Below, piece by piece: positions 32,892-44,200 of a stretch of DNA of 64,000 nucleotides. The DNA comes from Rhynchopus sp. YZ270_cl-10. Its lineage: Eukaryota. Under the pieces are notes generated by a model. The model had not been told where the DNA came from and did no database searches. It was given only the letters and a program-made list of their open reading frames with translations. Location: contig OZ037843.1 of assembly GCA_964035575.1 (NCBI GenBank), positions 558,001-622,000 on the forward strand, read 5' to 3'. The translations under genes and the position numbers were made by a program. Each line of letters starts with the position of its first letter. Position 1 is the stretch's first letter.

Positions 32892-34208
32892 CGCAGTTCG
32901 GTCGATGCTCATGCAAAGCGGCGTGACGAAAAGAAACAACAACAACAACGGCCCAACCCGAGGAGCGGGGACAAGCAAGGTGGCTGGGCATGCTCACACA
33001 CCTCCACCTCCACCTCCCACACACTTACACACCCCTCCTTGGGGGTGAATGAGACAAGTGGAAAAAAAAAAAATGCAGACCTTTTTGATGCGCATTGCTG
33101 AGAGTAGATTTAAAAACAAAAAATCCAAAAAAAAAATAGCAACTCTGATAGGTAAAACGGAAGAAAAAAAAAGGAATTTTTTTTTTTTTTTCGTTGATCG
33201 CACAATTACCCTTGAGGGGGTGATTGGCGACCGTATCTGAGGAAACTATTTCTCCTCTAAGCTACGCTTGTATAAAAAAAGAAAAAAAAAAAAAACACAA
33301 AAAATGCATCCGGAGACACTGACTCCCTATAGTTTCCGGCAGCCGCGTCATGTTTAAAATTTAGAATAAAGTAAAAGATGAATCTACGCGTCTCATCTTT
33401 ATCATCTTGACAAAAAAAAAGAGGGGGATTTTTGTTGTGTCGACAATCACCTGCTAATGCAGGATCTGTACTCAATGTCGCCCGACAATTTTTTCTTTTT
33501 TGGCAAACACAGACACACCAAGGTATGATCACCACAAACTTTTTTTTGTGTGTGTTGTATTCAAAAATAAAGGCCTCCTCATCGAGAAGAGAAGAGAACA
33601 AACCTAATCTCTATTTTCCTTTATTCTGACAACAGACGTATGGTACACTTGCCACCTGATTTATTTTTTTTTTTGGGTGAAAATTTCGTGGAGTTCAGTG
33701 AAGTTTTTGGTGGTATTTAAACCCAAACTCCACATAAACTCCACCAAAATTTCAGGCAAAATCAGCTGAACTTTGGTAAAAGAAACCTAAAAAAGGGGGG
33801 GGTTTGTTTTTTTTTTTGCTTTTTTTTGTCTAAAAAGGGGGGGAATTGTCAAAAAAAATGAAACATATTTGCCTCCCAGCTTCATCAGTGGTGTCTCTAA
33901 TAAAACACAAGAAGGGAGGACAGGAGAGAAAAGGTTGGTCAGATGAATTTTAGCTTCGCATGCTTAGGCCACCTGAGAGAAAATAAATGCTAAAAAGATG
34001 AATGTACCTCGTACATATTTAAAGGAAGAAAAGAGAAAAATGGGGCCAAAGATAAAAGTTGAAAAAGGTGAACCTATGTGTTAGTTACCTTTAAAAAAAG
34101 AGGTTGGCTTCAAATACAACAATCCACTCATGACATGTGTACCTCAAAAGATATAGTAATAATACAAAAGGCGGCCTGTACACATCCCTAAAGGAAAGGG
34201 GGTAAGGA

Positions 34209-34329
34209 TAATGGTGGCAGTATTGTGACGCGAGCCCATTGGAATACGCAAAATACATCAAAATACACGTGTTTTTTGATGTATTTTTGCGTATTCCAAT
34301 GGGCTCCCATCACAATACTGCCACCATTA
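34209..34329. mobile_element. 121-bp fully palindromic MITE with 8-bp target-site duplication (hAT-like)
   Basis: GGTAAGGA|TAATGGTGGCAGTATTGTGA...TCACAATACTGCCACCATTA|GGTAAGGA. Confidence 0.85.
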
Positions 34330-34613
34330 GGTAAGGAGGGGTGGGGTTTTTTTTTTCAGAATAAGTTAAAGAAACAAAATTCTTTTTAAACAAAAAGGAG
34401 GGGTGGGGAAGGGGGGGTATGAATGCTTTGTGTTAACAGCTTTGTTTGGAAACAAAAAAAAATTGGCATCGTGGTTTCCCCTCCCTCATTCGCGTTCGAT
34501 GCTACACAAAAGCAGAATCAAGCCAAAACCCTTGGACACACAATATTTCTTTAGCATTTCAAAAAAAAATACCCACCCCTCCTGTTTTTGACCCTGTATG
34601 CAAAAAAAGGGGA

Positions 34614-35998
34614 TCAGGCGTGATCTGCGCGAATCAACTTGCGCAGTTCTTCAACGATAATGAACATGAAAACGGTGTGGCCGCCACATCTTCCGTAGTA
34701 AGGCAGGTATCCTTGCCACAGCTTGCGCAAGCCCTCGGTCTTGGCCACGTGGCTGATAGTCTGCACGGCAGAGCGGTACAACAACTTGCCGGAGGCGTCG
34801 GGTTTTTGAAAGGCCATGCGGTTCTTTGCGGTTTCAAGTGGCATAGTGATCGCCTGTGTGGTGTATAAGAGGATAAGAGTAATGTGTAGTTGTCTTCGTG
34901 CAATTAGAGTTTTGGAAAGTATTAGCGTATTAGAGTCGAATACAGTAGGACAAGTAATATTGGCGACCAAAAAAAAGTCGCCAATTACAAGAAAACTCGC
35001 AAAATCCGCCAATATTATTTGGTCGCCAAGTTTCTTGTGTTACTGTAATGACATTATCAGATTATTAGATTATTATCAGAGTATCAGGTACCCAGGGACC
35101 CAGGCAATATTAATTAGTAAAAGAAAGAGTAGGTGAAACGTGCTAAAAACGCATATCAGTCCTGAACACAGGACCGAATCTAGGCCAAAAAAAAAGAACA
35201 AAAGGGTGGCTTACATAACAGTTCCAGAAATAATAGGTGTGGCAGAGATCCTTGCATGACGCTAGGTTGCCTCACGATGTGTACACAAAGCCCACATCGC
35301 CTTGAAACCCTAAACACCCCCTTCTCCCATACCGAATAGATCAGCGACGCACAGTTCGCACTGAATGCCACATTCGCAAGCGAGTTTGTCGAGTACCCCG
35401 TCTGCTTCTTCACCAACTGCTTGATCTGGTCGTATGTCGCCACTTGGAAACACCCCACAATCACACAACGCGTGCAAAACGGTGTCGAACCCCGCCAGAA
35501 AGCAGTCAACCCTTCCTCCTTAGCGGTCCGCGAGAATGCGTTAAAAACGGACGTATAATTGCGACGTTGATTCTCCGGGAGGGCAGCATCATTCGACATG
35601 CGGACAAGCGATACTTCTGCGGGACATGAAATGAGCGCCGCGCACCCTCCGGACACAGACCCCGCAACTAACCGCGTGAAGAAGTCCACCTCCCCGCCAC
35701 GCTGCGCCGCAATCTGGTCTCTGAACACCTCAAACAACCCGAAACGGCTGGTCGCGTAGAAAATCTGGCGCACCACACCGGCGCCAAGACCTTTGTACAA
35801 GGACCCCACCCCTTCCTTCTTTACCATGTCCACTGCATAGCCAGAGAGCGACATCTTTTCCCCAGTGCTAAGACTCATGCGCACTGCCAGTGTGTTGAAG
35901 GGATGTATCGCTGTCCACGCGATGACACCACCAAGGCCCGCAGTGCCGAAGGTTGCGCCCTTGCTGAGCGGAGCGGGGGTAGGGGCGGGAGTGGCCAT
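34614..35998 (-). CDS. Mitochondrial carrier (SLC25 family; 2-oxoglutarate/malate or dicarboxylate-carrier-like); 2 exons: 35998-35333 and 34853-34614
   Basis: Three carrier signatures HPFNTLAVRM, CPAEVSLVRM and MPLETAKNRM. GT-AG intron 35332-34854 (TCG|GTATGG...CACAG|GCG) joins LIYS to AITMP in frame. Confidence 0.92.
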
Positions 35999-36440
35999 TG
36001 GGAGGGGGGAAGGGGGGGAGGGGGGGGAGGGCCTGGTATGGAAATAGGGTGGGGAAAAAAAAGAATAGAATTTCAACGATAATACGCACGCAAATAAAAA
36101 AGAAAAGTTTATAGAGATGACCCCTAAGCCTCTGTGCTTAGTCTGATTGGGTTACTTAATGTTTTGAACATTGGTTATTCATCAATCTTTTTTGTCATAT
36201 TTTTGGATCCTTTTTGTTCTAAGCCTCTCTGTGCTTTAGTCACCTTATCATATTCGATATCGCACAGCATAAAAAGACAAATGGGAGTGGGGTGGTCGTT
36301 TACTTAGATTACTTTATGTTTTAGGCCTAAAAGAAAGAGAAAAAAGGGAAGGGAGGAAGCGGGGGTATAAAAAGCAAAGAAAACGATGCAAATTACGTGT
36401 TATTAGCAAAAAAAAGGGGGGGATGGAGGGGGGAAAGGCA

Positions 36441-37342
36441 TAGCGATGGCTGTCCTGTGATAATTGCCCATTCATAATGCATAATACACATCACAATACT
36501 GTATTGTGATGTGCATTATGTATTATGAATAAGAAATTATCGCAATGCAACCATCACTCGGCATACCCCGAAGGCAAATTCGTATTCGCCCAAAATTCGG
36601 ATCCGAATATGGGTTCAGGAATTTTGGGATCCGAATATAGGGCGAATATGGATTCGCCTTCTAGGCATGCCTAATGGTGGCTGTATTGTGATGAGTGTCC
36701 ATCATAACACATAATTTAGCAATACAGCTTGTATTGTGATGTGTACTATGAAAGGGAAATTATCGCAATACAACCATCACTAGGCATACCCCGAAGGCAA
36801 ATTCGTATTCACCCAAAATTCGGATCCGAATATGGGTTCAGGAATTTTGGGATCCGAATATAGGGCGAATATGGATTCGCCTTCTAGGTATGCCTAATGG
36901 TGGCTGTATTGTGATGAGTGCCCATCATAACACATAATTTAGCAATACAGCTTGTATTGTGATGTGTACTATGAAAGGGAAATTATCGCAATACAACCAT
37001 CACTAGGCATACCCCGAAGGCAAATTCGTATTCACCCAAAATTCGGATCCGAATATGGGTTCAGGAATTTTGGGATCCGAATATAGGGTGAATATGGATT
37101 CGCCTTCTAGGTATGCCTAATGGTGGCTGTATTGTGATGAGTGCCCATCATAACACATAATTTAGCAATACAGCTTGTATTGTGATGTGTACTATGAAAG
37201 GGAAATTATCGCAATACAACCATCACTAGGCATACCCCGAAGGCAAATTCGTATTCACCCAAAATTCGGATCCGAATATGGGTTCAGGAATTTTGGGATC
37301 CGAATATAGGGTGAATATGGATTCGCCTTCGGGGTATGACTA
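36441..37342. repeat. 223-bp tandem repeat (~4 units) built from two alternating palindromic modules
   Basis: GGCATACCCCGAAGGC starts at 36560, 36783, 37006 and 37229. Confidence 0.92.
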
Positions 37343-39757
37343 GGGAGGAGGGCAGGAGGGGCGCATGTTTATTGCTTGTTATTCAAAAAACTCGCAACAG
37401 AGAAGAATTGCAAGATGGACCCACCCTGATTTTTGCTTGAAATTTTTTGGTGGAGTTTTCGTTTGGGGGGTGGTTTAAATACCACCAAAAAAAAAATCCA
37501 TCAAATTTTCAAAAATCGGGTGGGCTGGATGGGGAAAAAGAGGGGGTTTTTTTTTCCTTTGAAAAATCGGCAACGTGTAACCACTACCTTAGTGCACTTC
37601 TAGGTGCCAGCCGGTACCTCCTTTGTTTTGATAATAATATGACAATCCGCTGGTTTGGTGTAGCGACCATGCAAGGCAATCTTTGCTAACTTATCGACAC
37701 ACCTGTTGCTATCGTCGTCAAGGCTGGCGGGGAAAAAAGAAGAAAAATGTTTTTTAACAAAAAAAGAAAATACTCTAAAAACCTGTTTGCTTCATTGCAG
37801 TGGGAAAAGGACGGATCGTTCCCTTTTGCGTCAACCCTTCTTGCATTGTATAGAGAGAAACAGAAAAAACAACGCGTTTTAACAAAAATTTTGTTTGATT
37901 ATAGACTATTATCACTAGATAATAGCCACGGTTTTTCTTCACAGGCACAACGCGTTTTAACAAAAGAGAAATGTTGAAAAGTACAGGAAAAAAAATTTTA
38001 ACACAAGTTGGCAACAAAAAAAGAAGATTCAATAGCCCAGTGATAGGGAAGTCGGAGGCTGTATGGTACACCTTCTTCAATTCCATGGATGTATTCAGCA
38101 AAGACAGTACTGTACTGGGGCAATTAAAAGAAGAGGGGGGGGAAAAGAAGGAAAAAAACTTGTAGGATGAATTTGTGCCTCTAGTTCACACACATCCTCA
38201 TTGGCAATGTGCTTGCTAGCTTCCCAGCTTCTTCAGTAGTAGGGGGGTCCGTTTTTCGATGCATGCACCCCTATCCGGGATAGGTGATACCATACATCGC
38301 TTCCCAGCTTCTTCAGCGCAGTTACTCTCTAGGAAGATACATACTTTACCAGTACAATTTAAAAAAGAGGGGGTGAAAAAAAAATGGGAAAATGGGAAAA
38401 TGGGAAGGAAGGGAAAATACTCTAAAAAAATAAATGGTGTCAAAGTGACCCCATATGTATACCGTATATGGTATATTGTTTAAAAAAAGCAATTTATCTT
38501 GGGAAAGACAAAAACGATCAGCAATAACAAAATGGATTGGGGAAAATGCAGGCGGGGGAGTAAAATAGGAGGTAAGGGAAATGGGTGGTGCATTGCCTGT
38601 GGGCAGTGTTAGATTTATTTTTGCTTTTTTTTGTTTTTGAAAAATTGTTGGAGTAGTGCAGTTGCCTCGATTGTGTTGCCACAGTTTGTGCAATATCCAC
38701 TGTTCAATTTTTTTTTGAAAATTAGGGAATGTTTCTCGGTTGACTCAGGCAGAACATATGCTGGTGCCACAAGACAGAAAACCAGAATAAAAAAAAGTTA
38801 ACTTGAAATACAAAAAAAAAAAATCCCTCTCGTGAACAGTGTACCTTGCCTTGGTACAATGACCCGGGTGTACCGGGGGTGGACCCCCTCAAGCATGCAG
38901 TCCTACGCCCAATTTCTAGGCTAGCATCTGAACAGAATAAAAATTATTTCAGAATAAAAGACAGAGCCCTTTCTATGGGGCACGATAGCTGGAAATACAT
39001 GTAGGTCACTTGAGGGGGTGAAAAAAAGGGCGCAAAGGAGTAAAAGGAGAGGCTTGGGAAGAAGCCTTTTTAGTGTTTTTTTTTTTTTTTTTTTGAAAAC
39101 TTTTTTATCATTCCTTTTTAGAGAACGGATCATGTACGGTCCTGGAAGCTCCAAGAAAATAGAGTAGGCGGGCTTAATAGGAAGTTGCCTTTCCTAAATG
39201 TACACAATTGGCAAAAAAAAAAGGGGGGGGAGGTGCATCATCACTCACCTATATCATCATTGAAAATACCATTGCTTACCAATACTGTTGCCCCCCTTTT
39301 ATTTTTTTGCTTTTTTTTTTTGATAAATTGTTGGAGTAGTGTAGTTGCCTCGGTTGTGTTGCCACAGTTTGTGCAATCTCCACTGTATTTTTTTGACATA
39401 GCACAGCTGCCACAAACTTTTGCGCAATAGTTGCTGTAACAAACACCCTACCCTAGACCGTGGAGAGTACAACTGGTATACTTTTTTGGAAAAAAATTTT
39501 GGTCATCAGGGGGGGAAAAGGAAAGATGTAGCTGAGGGGGGAATGTGGGAAATGGGGTTGATGAGTTTATTGATCAATGTGTGTGGTGACAAGGGGAGTG
39601 GGGAAAAGCATTCGAGGCGTGAGCAAAGTGTGGAAGAAAAAATTCATATACTTTCAAATAAAATTTGAAAGCATTAGGGAAGTGTATAAAAAACAACAAC
39701 AACCCATCTTTTTTTTAAAAAAATTCCTTGTGGAAGAAAAAAAAATTTTTTTTATGG

Positions 39758-40115
39758 TAGACTACTATCACCTAGATAGGCAGCAACGGTTTTTCTTCGC
39801 AGGATCCTTAAAAAGAGAGCAAATAGAAGGAAGTACGCTTTGTACGATACTAAGACTCGCGTTAGTCACCTTAACGGGGGGAAGAAATTGAAAGTTTTGT
39901 TTTGATAGACTACTATCACCTAGATAGGCAGCCACGGGTTTTCTTTCACAGGATCCTTGAATAGAGAGCAAATAGAAGGGAGTACGCTTTGTACGATACT
40001 AAGACTCGCGTTAGTCACCTTAACGGGGGGAAGAAATTGAAAGTTTTGTTTTGATAGACTACTATCACCTAGATAGGCAGCCACGGGTTTTCTTCACAGG
40101 ATCCTTAAAAAGAGA
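39758..40115. repeat. ~148-bp tandem repeat, ~2.4 copies
   Basis: TAGACTACTATCACCTAGATAGGCAGC at 39758, 39906 and 40055; a related single copy at ~37902. Confidence 0.85.
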
Positions 40116-41214
40116 GAGCAAAGTATGGAAGGGGGAAAAAAAAGTAGAGTTGAAATACAAAGCCCTCTCGTGAACAGTGTACCTTGTGTACATGACCAAG
40201 GTACACTGTATTTAAAAAAAAAGGGTGGCAGTGTCATGCAAAAATGTCATTCAGTCAATGTGCGCAAAAATAGCTGCAAGGCAAATAACAAATTCGTTTT
40301 CTTACTACGTTGGCGAACAGTAAGCAAAAAAAGAAGAAAAACCCCTTCTGCGCACATCTTTAAAAAAAAAGAAAATCAAAAAGAAATAGCAACTCTGATA
40401 GGTAAGTAAAAGGGGGAAAAGGTTTTTTTTTTTGTTTGATTGCTCAATTACCCCTGTTGGAGGGGGGTGATTGGCGACCGTATCTGAGGAAACTATTTCT
40501 CCTTTAAGCTACGCTTTGTAGGTATATGTAATAACAAAAGAATGTCTCCAGCTTGAGAAAATCTAAAAATTGATCAAATGGGGAAGGGGGAAATGGGTGG
40601 GACAATTTTTTATTTTATTTTATTTTTTTTTTTTTTTTTGCAACTCTGTTGGTTTAGTGGACATTGTGTATATCCTTTGACAAAGAAAAGAAAAGGGGGA
40701 AAAAATATGGGGGGAAATAATATAATTTGAAATGCGAATGTGTCACACAGGTGCACATACACATACAATCTAAAGGGGAAAAGTGTGGAATAGAAACTTA
40801 ACACTCATCACACACAAAAAAAATCCCTCTCAATGGGAGGGGTTGTGGTGAAACGCACAACACCTCCCCTCGACCTGTTTTGGTGAGGCGTGGCTCTGCA
40901 GCGCGGTTCGTCCCCCAGAACCGCAAAGTGTGTTCAAAATGCTTTGTTTCTATTTCCTCCTTCAGTTCATGAGGTGACAGAAGGGAAAAAAAACACCTTT
41001 TTTTTTTTGAATAATTGACAACGTGTAGATACCTCGCTTTTTTTTTCATATGAGCTCCACGCACAGCCGTTCCTCGTGCGGGTTTGTTCCTCGCCTATCT
41101 CTCGGTTCGGATACCGTTACTACTTTTTTTTGTTGTTTACTACAGTAACAAAGGAGTTTAAAAAAAGAATCACCATTTTTCTTATTTTCCGTTTTCTTCT
41201 GCATCACCTCAATA

Positions 41215-44200
41215 TCATCTCCTAGCGCCACTAGACATAGTGCGAGAGAGGCCAGCAGACCCACCGTTGACAGCAGATGCTGTGGGCGACTTGCATCGCA
41301 TCCTGGTGTTCGCACTACGCGCCCAGCCCGACCGCTGCGACTGCGTCATGGCCGACACTGACGGGTGTGTGTCCGTCATAACGTTACGCACGGGGATCAC
41401 ATTCTCATCAGACCCTTCATCGCACCCAACCTCCGCCGCACCCACCGTCCAACTGGCTAAGGACAGAATCACGCCTTTTGTCTTTAACATTAGGAGTTTT
41501 TGGATTGAATTCCTTTTTTCTTTGTTGTCGCACATGAGGGACACGTTTGAGGTGTAGCCTTGCGAGACGATTTCGAGGATGGCTTTGTCGATCTGGCGCA
41601 CGCTCATGATACGGTCGTAGGGGATCTCCTTGATAGGTGAGTCGAGCTTGGCCTTCCCTGTGGGGAAGAACCCGCCTGCGAGGGAGGCCTGTCTGTGCAG
41701 GTCTGCGTTGAAGATGAGGAGGTGTGTGGGGGCAAAGCGCAGTAGGACCGGGGTGCGGCTCTGTGTGCTCAGCTGGATGCCTTTGCTGCGGAACATGGCG
41801 TCGTCAAGGCGAAGCCCGCCGACAAATTCGTAGCCGTCCACTGTGTTCAGCTCCCTGCTGTCCATCATGTCCTCGCGGGCGCGTTTGTGCTTGCTCACCT
41901 TCGCCGCCAGCTTCGTCTCCTCAAGCCTCAGCTGCTGCACCCGGTCGGTCATATCCTGCTCCTCGGCATGCAGTTCACGGATCACACGATGCTTCTCCCA
42001 GGCTTCGCGTTCAAGATCCGCCAGACGTTCGTTGTAGCTGTCTTGGAGCTGGCGGGCTGCGTGGCGTTTGTCCTGTAGGAGGATGAGGAGGGAGTTTGAC
42101 ATAATGTTCGAAGAGTGTTGGAGGAAAAAAAAGTGTATAAGATGAACCTAAGCGTCTTGGTGCTTAGTCACCTTAAGGGAAATCTTGAAAGATGCATGTG
42201 GATTTAGTGCACACTAAAAGTGAAGGGGATAGTGTAAAACGCCGGGAGTGCGGGAGGGGGGGGTAGTAGATAAATAACAGAGTGTTTTCCACGGTGGTTT
42301 TGGGTGGCATGACATGCCACCCAAGATTTTTGGGGTGGTTTTTGGGTGGCATATATGCCACCCAAGATTTCTTCTTTTTTTTTGAGGTTGTATGACCTGT
42401 GACCCCACCATGGAGAGCACGTGGCTCGCTGAGTTGCTCGAATTGCCTGTAGCTATCCAACAAACATCATCACCGTCTCAGCTTCCTTCACGAGCCGTTC
42501 AGCCTCCGCCACCTTCACTAGTCAAAGTAAATAGGGCAAAAGTAGCGTACCGTGCGCCTGCGGCGCTCTTACTGTCTTCATAAAGACAAAAGCACATTGC
42601 CAATATTGTGAATAGTGCAATTTTTTCCGCCTGCGGCGCCTACCTCCCTCCCCTCTCCTTCCTGTGATTGGCAGGGAGTCGCGCACGCGACGACCGCTCG
42701 GGCTCGAAGAAAGCTCGGGGGGCCAAATTTTGAGACCAAAAACCAAGCGGAAGCCTGTTCGGGTAAATCATGTACAGTGTTTAAGAGGGGGCCTTCCGCG
42801 CGGGAGAATATTTTTGGCCTAAAAAAAAAAATATGCCACCCAAAAAAAAAAATGTCAGATCCTGGAAAACACCCTGTAAATAAGTAAAAAAAAAAATGGG
42901 TCGGTAGTGCATGTATGTCATACCCCGATCTGGGCACGCAGGATGTCGAGTTGCCGGTATTTGTCGTTGACCTCTGACTGAATGAGACGCTGTTTTGCTT
43001 CGTAGTCGCGGATGCGTGTTGGGGACATGGGAAGGAGTCTGTAGGGGAGGTGGCGATATAATGCAGTAAGAGAGTTATTTGAGTTATTTGAGTTATTGGA
43101 GTCTTTTGAGTAGTTTCAGTCGTTTGAGTCGTTTAGTAACACATTTATTTTAGAGAAAGGGTGTATATTTGAAAAAATAGAAGCAGATATTTAATTTCTG
43201 GTATTTTTTCAGGTATGTATGTCACCAAAAAAAAAACGCTCTTAGAATAAAGGGAGGGTACGCAGTATACAGCACGCTGGATGATAGGGGGTCACATGGT
43301 CACATTGATATTTTCACATTTGGTGGCCTTCAATTTTTTAAACAAAACATACCTATCAGTGAGGTGCTGTGACATTTCCTCCAGCTCGACATCGTCTCCC
43401 TCTGCTGATGTTGCGAGGTTGCGCATGTGTGCCGCTAGGTCGTTGTGGCCCATATTGCTTGGCGACATGGGGCCTCCTGCAATACCAGCACCGCCACCAC
43501 CACCACCACCACCACTACTGGACCTCCCGAGGTGCAAACTAACTTCGTTCTGCCTGCCCTCATGGGTCTGATGCGAGCTCTCTGCAAGCCACGCAGGCTT
43601 TGGGATGCACTCTGCGTTCATCAAATCCTGGATCTCGACACCAGGGGCAATCTTGCTTAGCGCTGCCTTGAGGAGCTCGTTCTCTGCCCGCGCCTGCAAC
43701 GCTGCGCTGTCCCGCTCCTTGATCACCTGCTGCAGCCGCAACACTTTGTTATGCAGCGTCAACGTCGGCCCAGACATACTAGCCACATCCCTCTCCACGC
43801 TTTCCTCGTCAACACCGTTGTTTGCTAGCTGCGATTCGAGGCCTTGAATGATGTTGTGAAGAGCATGGATTTTGAGTGCTTTTTCGCTTGCATCATTGTG
43901 GTAAGCTTCCAGCGCGGCGCGGGAACGATCTTCCGCTGCCTTTTCTGCAGCAGCAATCACAGAAACATCACTCCCCGAACGTCCTGAAGAAGCCATTCCA
44001 CCAAGCTGGCCGTAAAGGGTGCCAATGTGCTGGCTCTTTTCCTCTAGCTCTTTGTCACGCCGGAGCAGCAACGCAACCTTCTCGCTATCAGTCAAATGCC
44101 GGTACACCCCCGCAAGCCTGCTGTCCGCTAGATCCACATCCTCTTCACCCAATGCACCTCTCAAGGTGCTGGCATCTATCCCAGCAAGCTGCAGTGCATT

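Noticed and set aside
41215..42102. Separate 295-aa gene
   Set aside because: An in-frame CAG acceptor at 42073 links it as the last kinesin exon.
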